Source: Callorhinchus milii (lineage: Eukaryota). From it: DNA of 64,000 nucleotides. The translations under genes and the position numbers were made by a program. Location: the NCBI RefSeq assembly GCF_018977255.1, contig NW_024704743.1, positions 86,988,001-87,052,000 on the forward strand, in the 5' to 3' direction. Below the pieces are notes generated by a model, which saw only the letters and a list, made by a program, of their open reading frames with translations, did no database searches and was not told the DNA's origin. Shown here one piece after another: positions 1-11,027 of the stretch; positions within the stretch are counted from its first letter, which is position 1, and each line of letters begins with the position of its first letter.

Positions 1-40
1 AAGCGCTATATCAAATGCAAGGATTATTATTATTATTATT
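1..40 (+). mobile_element. SINE 3' tail (window edge)
   Basis: AAGCGCTATATCAAATGCAAGG(ATT)n, same tail as the copies ending at 7100, 42141 and 45172. Confidence 0.85.
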
Positions 41-334
41 AATCACAGCTACCCTGAAACACAGACAGTTTGCATGCTTATACTCAGCACCCTAGTGTAC
101 CAATTCCAACCCCAAGAATTTCAAATTAATTTGCTATCATTGTTATTATTTGTGAGATTTGCAAATGTAGATTGACTGCCTTGTTTGCTTTCATAACATT
201 AATAGTAAATACAAGTTTATTGTTTATATCCACATTACTTTTTTTCCCCCCGTTTGCGTTATTAATTTAAGAAAATAAATGTGCAGCTTTTCCCCTAATT
301 ATGTTGGTTTATGTTCCCTCTTCATCCGAATGTA

Positions 335-503
335 TCCCCAAATTAAATGAATGCCTACTCATCTCATTCATGAAATGTTGCTGGTGCAAATTATTTGCAG
401 TATTTGCCTATGTGACAATATTCACAACATTTCTGATCAATTTTATTTTGTAAAGGAACTTGAAACTTATTTCACATGAAAAGCACTACAAATGCACATT
501 ATT
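335..503 (+). mobile_element. Decayed Deu-type SINE 3' half
   Basis: TTGCTGGTGCAAATT...TTTGCCTA...AAAAGCACTACAAATGCA, a diverged match to the Deu domain and tail of in-window copies. Confidence 0.55.
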
Positions 504-574
504 TTTGTGGTATCATAAGAGTGAGTAACAGCTTTAAAGAAATATGAAAAACTTTAAAATAAAATTAAAAAAAC

Positions 575-885
575 TCGCATTTGATAATAGCACCTTATCA
601 CATTGTCAAAATATCTTGAAGGACCTCACATGATTTACTGTAAAGTACAGTAAGTACTGCATTTTGTACGTGAACATGCGAACTAATTTGAATATAACAA
701 TGTCCCACATACAACTATGGTGTGAATGACCAATTTTATCCCTTCACTTGTTGAATAATGCTAAGGTATCTTTAATGTCCACATGAACAGGCAAACAAGA
801 CCTCCTTTTGACAATGCAGCACCCCCCAGCATTACACAGACATATCATCCGAAACTATAAGCTCAAAGTCCCCAATGTGGGGCTT
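575..885 (-). mobile_element. SINE family A (tRNA head + Deu domain + L2-like tail; SacSINE1/AmnSINE-like)
   Basis: Reverse complement aligns by eye to 54399-54820 (TGTGGGACATTG, GGACATTAAAGAT, GCTGCATTGTC). Confidence 0.75.
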
Positions 886-999
886 ATACATTGTTATAAT
901 TCAATAGTTAACTAGAATTGAAGACTGTTTCTTGAAAGCTGTATTTCCTAAATAAAAAATAATCCATTATCTTACAGATGAATCTTTTCTTACAACTAG

Positions 1000-1330
1000 C
1001 CTCCAGCCTCTCTCTCTCACACATACACAATCTTTATCGTTCTTCATTGCTTCTCTGAAGATTTCTCTCTTTATCCTCCCAAGCTTCAATTACAATATCG
1101 TCCCTGCATCCTCCATCTATTGAAATCAACTCATTTTACTGTCTCCTGCTCCAATTCATTATTTCTCATTACCTCAAAAACGTGGAACTCTACCTCACAC
1201 TTCCTTTTCTACATTATATTTTCCATATACTATACAGACTTTTTAAAATGCAAACTTGGTGTAACATCAGCACTTCTGTCACACTCCTTTCAATCCATAT
1301 GGTATCTTGCTCCATTGCCTTTGCCCCTAA
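1000..1330 (+). mobile_element. Old L2 LINE fragment
   Basis: Pyrimidine-rich; CTCCTGCTCC..., CTTTTTAAAATGCAAACTT resemble the in-window L2 3' regions. Confidence 0.4.
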
Positions 1331-1887
1331 TCTAAACATTCACAAAAAAAATTATTTGAATTAAAATTAAGTAAAAATAAATCAAATAGCCCAAGTAAGC
1401 TTTAACAAGCAAGGTATGTGAAACAATTGGGAAAAAATTGTCTAAATTGAGTACCTTCATAACACTACCTCTTGATGATTTAATACTCCAGCATTACCTT
1501 ACTGGAAACAAACGCAATCTGGCACAAATATCCTACATTGTAATGCTGAAAATAATGACATTACAACAAAAACAATGAACTGTACAAATTGTTAGTGTAG
1601 CAGAAATTTACTTTTTAATCATATGAAGTTCACATCCAAGTTTTGCAGAATATTAATTTTTGTCAGTCAGTATGTTCCCAGTTTTCATTTGCTCGATCTT
1701 TATGTAGTTATTCAAATTCATGTGTATACAAAAAAAAGGAATCCTTAAGTGGCAGGTCTGCAGCTGCTAGAAACACCTATTGTACAAATTATCCTAGCCG
1801 ATTAGTTACTTTTCTACAATAGACCGTATTCCACATAATTTTATCCAAATTTTTAGCAAGGCCAGTATCTGAACTCCTCACTTCTAT

Positions 1888-2006
1888 GTTATTTTCTGCT
1901 ACTCAGTAAATTTGCTGACCTAGACGGTGTTTACTTATAATGAGATTTTCCTATTAGAAGCACACGCCTCCAAGGTCAGTAAATGTACAGAGCAGCGGAA
2001 AATAGC
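1888..2006. repeat. Imperfect palindrome, ~55-bp arms (decayed MITE-like hairpin)
   Basis: GTTATTTTCTGCTACTCAGTAAATTTGCTGACC... versus ...GGTCAGTAAATGTACAGAGCAGCGGAAAATAGC; roughly three-quarters complementary. Confidence 0.7.
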
Positions 2007-2449
2007 CTACATTTGTCAAAATGTAAAACACTAGGATTCGTTATCCCCAGTTGGGAAATTTACTGGATTTGTTGACATTTGCTTATCAGGGCCCAATTGT
2101 ACATACACTATTTCAACACAGGAACAATACAAGTTGAGGAGTGGGAAAATTCTACAGGGAACCCCCCCTCATCACCACCAATATGTTGCACTGCTTCATT
2201 GATAGCTCTGGTGTCTGAGGGGTTCAGACTAATGGAAATCGAGTATCTGGCATCCACACTGAAATAAATGGGTGACTTTTGAGTCAACAGGTCACCACTG
2301 ATGATACTTGTTGCAAACTGTGCATGTGCACTTTGTACAGCATGCGGCACTGACTTCATGAAGAAATCAGTGACATCAGCAGAGCCTCTTACACAGAGCA
2401 CACATATGCAGTGTGCAGGAAGGGATGTCAGAGGTATTTCTCCGTACAC

Positions 2450-2617
2450 TCAGCAGACTCTGACCTGCTCCATGTCCCTTGCTCTTACTCTTTGAATGTG
2501 CCTTCAGTCACTCTCCTACCCCCACATTCCCTGCCCTCCACCCCTCCTAATCTCAACCCCTAGCTGGGGTGCAAATCCTGGCTCCAGCGCCTTGGGACAA
2601 CTTCCGGACATGAAGGT
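2450..2617 (+). mobile_element. L2 3' fragment
   Basis: CTCAGCAGACTC...CCTGCTCCATGTCCC and CAGCGCCTTGGGAC match the reverse complement of the L2 at 39541-39830. Confidence 0.75.
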
Positions 2618-2915
2618 GTTGCTGCATTGTTGGAGATGCCGTCCTTTGGATGAGACATTAAACCGAGGTACCAACTGCCTGTTCAGGTGGACTTTAAAGA
2701 TCCCACGAGCATAACGTTTCTCCTGGTCAACAATCCCCCAAAGGAAATTGATCATTCACTTCATGGCTGTTTGTGAGACATTTATGCATGTAAATTAGCT
2801 GCTGCGTTGCCTACAAATACAGTCACTACACTTTAGAGTAAATTCTGTGAAGCCCCTTGAGATGTTTAAGGATGTAGTAAGGCACTATATCAGCTGTAGG
2901 GGTTATAATTATTAT
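2618..2915 (+). mobile_element. SINE family A lacking its head
   Basis: GCTGCATTGTTGGAGATGCCGTCCTTTGGATGAGACATTAAACCGAGG...TAAAGATCCC, then Deu domain and AAGGCACTATATC tail. Confidence 0.85.
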
Positions 2916-3311
2916 ATGCAGCAGTACTCATCCAATTGTGTGTTTTCCAGAGACAGCAGTTCTGGATCTTTCCCTAAGCCATTGAAGTGTCATTTTCCAT
3001 TAAAAGGAATGGAACTATGACATACATATATGTGCTCCCTACAATAAACATTACATGGAAAGGCTAAGAAGAGGAGCCCTTAACTGGCAGGTCTACTGCT
3101 GCTAGAAAGACCTATTGTGCAAAGTATCACATGCAAAAGTCACATTAATTGGTGTATCAACATACTGCAATTTTTTTTTACTAAAATAGTGTATTGATGA
3201 CAAATGTTTTTGCTTCAGCAAAATTGATGCCTTAACCAAGGAAATATGTCAACTTCAGGAAGTCATTTTGATCAGACACAGAAGAAAACTCAGATTCAAA
3301 TTAATTTACAA

Positions 3312-3480
3312 ATACAACAACAACAAGATTCCATTTATAGTGTGCCTTTCACGTCAGGAGGACGTCCCAAGGCGCTGTACAGTTGGGTCAGGACCCGAGC
3401 AAGGGGGAAATGGTCAGGGTGAGGGGAGGGAAGGGAGGGAGGGAGGGAGCGAGGAGGGGGTAGAAAGTCGAGAGGGGAAA
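3312..3480 (-). mobile_element. L2 3' end
   Basis: (CAA)n + CATTTATAGTGTGCCTTTCACGTCAGGAGGACGTCCCAAGGCGCTG, same end as 26113 and 61606. Confidence 0.85.
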
Positions 3481-5044
3481 TAGTTGTTTTTTTTTGCATA
3501 TTTTTTGGCTTTAGAGACAACTAATTGTATGTATTAAAAGGTGAGAAATGTTTTGAATAAATGTTTTTTCTTGTGTTTGAAAGGATATTATGAAACAATG
3601 CAGAACATTTTATAAATAGGACATTCAGGTTAAGTGGAAGATCCATTTGAAATCACTGCATTAATAGATATGTCAATGTTTTAACATTTGTCAGACGCTC
3701 AGAGAACAAAGCTTCAGGAACAATCACTTTCACTCTATACCTTAAAGCTCCACTAAAGTGATGATTAAAGTGTAGTACTAACAGCTACTATTTTATTAGA
3801 GTATATCCAAATAAATATTCAGACTTGAATTTGTAAGAAAAACCTTTTATATTAATTACACTCTTAGCTCTCAGACTTTTAACAGGTGCATCAAAAATCC
3901 ATTCAATATGGGCTAGTCTGTTTTTTTACATTTACAAGCTACTCAAATGTAAGATGCAGCTTTATAACTGTAATACTATCCTTAAACTACAAAAACCGAT
4001 ACATGAAATAGCTGTAATTACAAAAAAAATTCTAATTTTGTTAATCCTAAAATTCATGTTGCCCCTATTTTCTGTTTTCCCTTTTTTAAAAAAAACCTGT
4101 ACAATTTGTTTTTATTTGTCATTAAACGTTGTCTTTTTTTAAAAAAACGAATGTAATCTATTCTGCCTGTTCACTCACCCTTTTCATTTTAAAATTAAAT
4201 TTAAAATAGATGATTTACCTTCCTCCTGATGTACTTCACTTTTGATGGTGGGAGTAACTTTAAAAAAAATCAATTGGTTGAAAACCTTTAAAAATAAACC
4301 ATAAAACGAGTATCATTTTACCCATCAAGCCCATTCTTTAACACCAATGGAAAACCATCTGTGCTGATGGTCTGTACCTCACTCACTTCTGTGGTAAACT
4401 TCTACATACAGTACATACCTCCTAATTCTCCAAATTAATCAAGCAAACATCTTTACAATGTTAATATATCCCCACCATATATATTATATATAATTTAACT
4501 ACTTCCCTTTCAATAGACAGAATGACCTTCTTGTAATGTCCCAGCACTGCACAAGTATTGTGGTCTGTAGCATATCTGTTCATCCCAGTCTGCACCTATT
4601 CCAATGTACTCCCATACACAACCAAATATTTCAGGATTTGCCTGCTTCCCCTTTTCAAAAACAATCATGGCAGCTCTAATTTCATTTACCCACCTTTTCT
4701 CCATACAAGGTAATGTCTTACTTCCCATCTCTTTCTTAAAAACTTAAATTGATTCTACTTTTGTGCTATTCATGGGGCATTGCATTCCACATTCTCATGT
4801 AGGTTTTTGTGAGGAAATGTTTTCTCCATTCAGTTTTCCGTATTTTTTTTGCAAGAATTAATTTATACAGCATCAACTTCTTTGTTGGAATTGTGTTTCA
4901 CATAGCCACTACTCTGTGGGAAATCTAATCTCTAGCTTCAGGCTTGTTAATTTTAAATTTGTCCACTCGTGGACTAAATCAAATATTCTGTTTACATCTG
5001 CCTCATCTATGTCTTAATATTCAAACGTTGTTTCAGCCAATCAT

Positions 5045-5145
5045 AATAATAATCCTTTTGCCTTATCACATCTTTGAGACGTCTCAAAGAGCTTTACAGA
5101 ATATACTGTAAAGTGAATTGACTATATATCTTGTGGGCAAAATAC
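5045..5145 (-). mobile_element. SINE family B 3' fragment
   Basis: AATAATAATCC...TTTGAGACGTCTCAAAG...AGAATATACTGTAAAGTGAATTGACT. Confidence 0.8.
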
Positions 5146-5689
5146 ATTGATTTCCAAGGCAAGGCAAGTAACCAAGGCATTGATAACTGACATAGATTTG
5201 ACTAATTTATGTTATTTGTTGTCACAAATGCCCTTTGACATTAGCCAAATAAATACAAGTGAGAGCATTTCTGTCTTTGGTGCATTTTCAACATAATACA
5301 ACCACATTTTTGTTTTTATAGTAGAAATAGCCACATGTAATGAAGAAGAGAATACAAAGGCCATGTGCTCAAAAGGCCTTTCAGAACTTCCCTCAAGTGA
5401 GTGATTCACACAAGCAGACACTTGTTTTACATAAACTAGAAATGTGTCTTTCTTGTATTCCCCAGTTTGGTATTATGTCTCTTAGGATCAACAACTAGTT
5501 CATTGTTTTTACAAGATTCTGCATATGTTCCTACTCTGCACCCAGTCTATCAAAAGCCAGAATTATTACAAATCAACACAGATATTTTCCAGTGAAACTA
5601 AAAATAATTATATTTCAAACCAGAAGTAACAGCATTAAAAATTACATATTGGAAAAACAAAGTCTTTTCATTTCGTTTCTCAATTTATA

Positions 5690-5965
5690 TTTTACTTTTG
5701 GAACATTGCTGGCGCAAATTAGCTACAATGCTCATCTACGTGACATTCAAGTACAGTGGTACATACAATTTAATTATTTATTTCCATCTCATTCTCCCAT
5801 TCTTTGAAGACATTATCAATAGGATTGCTTGGATTTATGGGACACTGCTGGCACAGATAGCTGCCAGGTTTGCCTATAATAACTTTACAATCATATTTTG
5901 TAAAGTGCTCTGTGACATCTATTTTAAGTGCAAAACCATATATAAATGCAATATTATTATTAATA
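5690..5965 (+). mobile_element. Two adjacent decayed Deu-domain SINE fragments
   Basis: GGAACATTGCTGGCGCAAATTAGCT (~5701) and TGGGACACTGCTGGCACAGATAGCTGCC (~5838), followed by a tail at ~5935-5960. Confidence 0.55.
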
Positions 5966-6329
5966 ATAAAGGCATCTTACTGATGATTTAAAGTGGAGAA
6001 TTAGTCATCAAAGACTCACCAATTCTCCACTGAGTCTCAAAGACTCACCCTATCACGATGCCTATTTAACTGAAACTCAAACTCCGAGAGCCACTTGCTT
6101 TTTTTCCCAAAAGCTTATTAGAATCTGGTCCCCGTTATATTTCTCAAACCTTTCTTTGATCTGAGCAAAGCAAATTTCAAAGCCCCGATTTTATGCAGAT
6201 CATTTCTTTGAACAATGTCCCGAGGGCTACTTTGTGTAATGCCGTTTAGCTTAGGTTTTGGCTTGGCTACCTTCTGGAATCTGAGACTCACACCTAACTT
6301 CTGGCCTTCTATCCAACATGCCTACACGA

Positions 6330-6690
6330 GTGGCAGTTCAGTTAGCGAGTCTCTTCTTACCTGGGAGTCAAACAAATGTGACTTCAAGCCCCACATTTAG
6401 ACTTGAGCTCTTATTCTAGGCCTTCAAGCCTTTGTTGCAATACTGGGAAATGTTGTCATTGTCTTTGATGCTGCCCTTCAATGAATCTCTAATCCAAAAG
6501 CCTGTTCAGATCCCATGATGTTTCTCAAAAAAAGAAGTTTGTTGCCCTGGCCACTACACCCTCCAACAAATTTTACCATTCATCATTCATGGCTATTTGT
6601 GAATGTAGCTGTGTAAGGCTGCCATATTTATGAAAGAAAACATTCATTTCAATTGGCAATTATTTTGACATTTATAAGCACTTTAAAAAT
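6330..6690 (+). mobile_element. Decayed SINE family A
   Basis: TTCAAGCCCCAC, CCTGTTCAGATCCCATG, CCCTGGCCA and TTCATGGCT blocks in the expected order. Confidence 0.6.
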
Positions 6691-6982
6691 GTTCTTCCCA
6701 AGTTGGATGAAGTTGGACACATAGATAAAATGGTTACAAAACAGGGGTCTCTTATGAATCCCAGCACAGTATCATCAATTCAAAATGTCTCATTTTAGTG
6801 AATCATCTTTCCAAATTATGTCTCTTCGGTAATTAGATGGCGTTCTGAATTTAAATTTAATTTTACATATAGTAGAGCACTTGTAAATCAAAGTGAAATG
6901 ATTTTGTTGCAAAGCAAAACAAATACAATTCATCTGTCTGTGTGGCAAATGGATTGTTGCCAGTCAGACTAATGATAATATT

Positions 6983-7100
6983 TTTCACCCACAAAATATA
7001 CAGTCAATTCATTTTATAGTAAATTCTGTGAAGCGCTTTGAGACATCTTGAAGACATGATGAGGCGCAATATCAAATGCAAGGATTATTATTATTATTAT
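6983..7100 (+). mobile_element. SINE family B 3' part
   Basis: CACAAAATATACAGTCAATTC...AAGCGCTTTGAGACATCTTGAAGACATGATGAGGCGCAATATCAAATGCAAGG(ATT)n. Confidence 0.85.
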
Positions 7101-8434
7101 CATTTTCCTGATCTGAAAAATGAATCTCCACTGTTAGAGAATTATATTCTAAAACCATTGTGTTGCTGCAATAAGATATATGTTTTAGAGCTTCCACTTG
7201 TCACCTGTCACAATGTGACTAAACGTAAGTCCCAACAATCAATTAAAAATACTCTGAAGCCTCCAATAACTTGTGTTGCCTATAGCCAACTGAAGTCAAG
7301 CTTTAAGGTGATCTTTACAAACAGGAGTTAATGTAAAGTGTGGAGCTGTAGTTACTTTTTAAATGTATTTCTTAAGGTACCACAGTAGCTTTAACTAGCT
7401 TGTCCTTATTTTCAATTCATTTCAACACTATCGCTTTCAAAAACATATTGCAACCCATACACAATTTGCTTGTTGTTTAACCTTTTGTTTGCTGAGATGT
7501 CTTACAGAGGCTCCAGAATATACTTTAAAGTGAATTGACTGTATATTTTGTGGGTGAAACGTTCTATAACATTGAAAAATTGCAAACTATTAATTAATTG
7601 GATTGGTTGAAAATTCAAGGGAATTTTGCCTTCAATTAGTCTGCAATAGAAAGCTATATACTAAACTAACAATAATAAATGCTGTTGAACTAGTTTTTTC
7701 AAATATAAGAAATGACTGTCAAAGTAAATATGGCGTCAATATAAACATACGGATATGGATAGCGTTAACCAAAATCAGGCACCAAGTATGTGTGTGATTA
7801 ATAATGCTACTGTATACTAGATTATTAATTAATCAGATAAAGGAAGCAGGGGGCACTTATCAATTGTAAAGGTTTTAATTATTGAGCAGTAATAGTTTTA
7901 GTTACCTCAATGATAATGGTTATGTAAAACTGTTCTTTGGGCCTTTTTATATGGTTGTGACGAAATACATGGAATTCCCTGTATAAGTCAGACTGACAAA
8001 AGCAGTAAAAAATAACCATAAACAAAGGTCAATGTTTCACAAGTTGGCAGTAGATAAGGTTACAAGAAAAGGGTAAAAATATACTGATCTGGGGTGAGAA
8101 CTTCTAAACAAATTTAACTTTAATCAGTAATTGGAAGATTTGGAAGTAAATTTTGCAGCTGCTTTGAACTGGCATGTGGAAACTGAGGAGGGATGGTTGG
8201 CAATAGTGCTACTTTAAAGAAATATTTCATGCTGCTTTAAAAATAAATAATGAGAAAATGCACATGAATTAATGATATTACAGAGTCTTTTTCCCAAATG
8301 AATTATATTTCTGTTAAATGCTCATTTACAGTGTTTACAGTGATTGGATATAGCTAAGGAAGATTCCAACTCAATCTACACGTGGCATTCTTAAAAATGC
8401 TGTATGTTTTAACAGAAGTGGAATAAAAATTTTT

Positions 8435-8722
8435 AAGCTAATTTGTGCACATCATTGCCCTATAAACAGCCATGAAGTGAATGACCAATCACTTTCTGCA
8501 GGATTGTTGGTCAGGGCAACAGGAGAAACTCCCTTCTCTTTTCTCTTTCTCTTTTTGAATACTGCCAGAGGATCTTTAACATCCATCTGTACAGGCAGAG
8601 AAGACCACAGTTTAATGTCTCATCCAAAGGAAGGCACAGCTGACAATACAGCACACCCCCAGCACTGTATTGGAGTGCCAGCCTACACTGTGAATTCAAA
8701 GTCTCAAAGTGGGCCTTGAACA
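8435..8722 (-). mobile_element. SINE family A, head interrupted by the mini PLE fold-back
   Basis: GGATCTTTAACATCCA...TTTAATGTCTCATCCAAAGG...TGGAGTGCCAGCC...GTGGGCCTTGAAC. Confidence 0.85.
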
Positions 8723-8878
8723 CAGACAGCATCTATTGGAGAGAGGAAAATTAGTTAAGGTTTCAGAACAGTTCTGATGAAAGGTCACCGAGCTGAAACG
8801 TTAATTCATTTTCCTCTCTCCATAGATGCTGCCTGACCTGCTGCGTCAGATTTCCAGCATCTGCAGTATTTTGCTTTT
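8723..8878 (+). mobile_element. Mini Penelope-like terminal fragment with inverted 5' arm (fold-back)
   Basis: 8723-8766 is a near reverse complement of 8793-8835; the 3' part AGATGCTGCCTGACCTGCTG...TCAGATTTCCAGCATCTGCAGTATTTTG matches the ends of the PLE at 9715-11091. Confidence 0.85.
8770..8806 (+). ncRNA. Minimal type I hammerhead ribozyme motif (PLE-associated)
   Basis: Stem I AGTT/AATT (one G-U); core CTGATGA (8774-8780); extra A; stem II AGGT-caccg-AGCT (one G-G mismatch); GAAA (8795-8798); palindromic ACGT in place of stem III; predicted cleavage after U8802. Confidence 0.7.
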
Positions 8879-10077
8879 AAAAATGCAAGTGTTTACCTGT
8901 TTTTTTTATTTTGTGCTAAAAATATAAAGGTACACAATAGTTAACTGATATTTACAGCTGGTACTGCTATTTAAAATCAATCTCTCCTGAATTATATTCC
9001 TTAAAATAGTTTTTGAATGACCTACCAGAGCCTTGTAATCACTTCTCTGCCAATCAGAATCATGGAAAGTGATTACAAGGTGTTGGTTTGCTTCTGGTGT
9101 GACATTTCCATTTTCTACACCAATCATCCTTACAGCCTCTCTGAGGAAGACTGCCAATTTAGTGTCAGTTAGTGATGAATTAATGTCAGTTTTATGATGT
9201 GGGCTCAAGCGTACTAGGAACAGAATTGAGACTACCCAAATTAATTTCACTAAAGACTATTACAGCAGCAGAGACTTTCATCACATCCGTCTGCGCAAGC
9301 AATTCATTCAGATCCAATGGGGTTATACAACCACTGCCATAGTGTAAAATATATCAACATTGTAATAGTAACTCAGTAATAGTATTTCACGTTCCCCTAA
9401 CTATTCCCAGTTTCTCTTCCAAAGCATCTACTTATCCATTTACACACATACAGCCCACTTTGGTGTATTATACACACATAAATAATTCATTTGTGTAGAA
9501 TTGGTGGACTGCTGAATACATAAAGGTGACTCAGTTACCCATTTCCATCATTTATTTAGGTGGACAGCATTAGGTCCACTAAATCCCAAGTGCATTCTCA
9601 GTTAAATTTATTTATTTATTTTTTAAAAGCAGTGCATTTTGCTGATGTGTTTTATTAATAATCTAAATTTCTATCCCTGTGACATATTGACACTATCAAC
9701 ATTAAATGTTGCTACAAAACACAAAATACTGCAGATGCTGGAAATCTGAAACAAAAACAGAAGTCACTGGGAACACTCAGCAGGTCAGGCAGCATCTATG
9801 GAGAAAGGAAACTGAGTCAACGTTTTGGGTCCACTTTTTGGGAGGGAGAGGCTTTTAAGGGCTAACAGAGTGGGGGTAGGCAGGGCAAGGAAGACAAACG
9901 AGAAAATGGGATAGAGGGCAGGGGATGATGGGTTAAAGAGGTGTTAATAATGCAAAACAAAGGCGGGGAATTTGCAACAAAATACGCAGACCGGAGAGGA
10001 AAGGTGTGTCTGGGACCCAGATGATGTGGTTATGGTCACAGAAGAGGTGTGGGGAGCGAGGTGGGAAAGTGAGCTGT

Positions 10078-10400
10078 TATTGTCTGAAATTGTTGAAATC
10101 AATATTGAGGCCAGCGGGTCCCTAGCAGATAAGTGAGGTGCTGTTCCTCGAGGTTGCGCTGTGGCTGAGTGGAAAAGCGTAGGAGACCATGGATGGAGAG
10201 GTCAGAGTGCGAGCGGAAAGTAGAGTTGAAGTGGCAAGAAACTCAAAGCTCAGGGTTGAGCTTGCGGACAGAACGGAGGTGTTCGGCAAATCGATCGCCC
10301 AATCTGGGTTTCGTCTCCCAGTGCAGAGCAGCGAATGCAGTAAACTACGTTGGTGGTAGTACACGCAAATGTTGTCTCATTTTAAAACTGGGTTTGGGGC
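10078..10400 (-). pseudogene. Disrupted GIY-YIG endonuclease domain of the PLE
   Basis: Manual translation across frameshifts: NVVYCIRCS...ETKPRLGDRFAEHLRSVRKLNPEL*VSCHFNS...RNLEEQHLTYLLGT...GLNIDFNNFRQ*, a typical PLE endonuclease C-terminus. Confidence 0.85.
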
Positions 10401-10588
10401 CCTTGACAGTGCTATGGGAGGAGGTGAAAGGGTAGGTATTGCATCTACTGCTCTGGCATGGGAAGGTGCCAGAAGGAGGAGAGCAACTGTTGGTGGGGAA
10501 GGAGGAATGAACCAGTGAGTCAAGGAGGGAACAGTCCCTTCAGAATTCTGAGAGGGGAGGGAAAGATATGTTTAGTAGTTGGATCACC

Positions 10589-10715
10589 CTGGAGGTGCCA
10601 GAAATGGCAGAGAATTGTCCTCACCCGCCACCCCACCAGCTTCAACAGTACAGTACAGTTGAAGCTGGTGGGGTGGAAGGTGAGGACAATTCTCTGCCAT
10701 TTCTGGCACCTCCAG
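10589..10715. repeat. Near-perfect palindrome at the fold-back axis
   Basis: 58-nt arms 10589-10646 and 10658-10715 with 2 mismatches; 11-nt loop AGTACAGTACA. Confidence 0.95.
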
Positions 10716-10990
10716 CATGATTCGACCATTCAACATATCTTTCCCTCCCCTTTCAGCATTCCATCTGTCTATTTTGTTGCAATTTTGCGCCCCGCCACCA
10801 CCACTTTGTTTTGCTTTATTAACACCACTATCCCCTTGTTTTGTTGCAATCCTACGCCCTTGGTTTTGCATCATTAATACCTCTTTAACCCATCAACCCC
10901 TGTCCTCTCCCCCATTTTCTCCTTTGTCTTCCTTGCCCTGCCTCCCCCCTCTCTGTTAGCCGTAAAAGTCTTTCCCTCCCAACACGCCCC

Positions 10991-11027
10991 AGTTCTGACG
11001 AAGGGTTGTGGATCCAAAATGTTGACT
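10991..11027 (+). ncRNA. Decayed hammerhead motif
   Basis: AGTT CTGACGA A GGGT tgtgg ATCC AAAA TGTT GACT; GAAA has become AAAA, so probably inactive. Confidence 0.55.

Noticed and set aside
10458..10959. Overlapping ORFs on both strands with near-identical peptides
   Set aside because: A by-product of the palindrome in the PLE fold-back.
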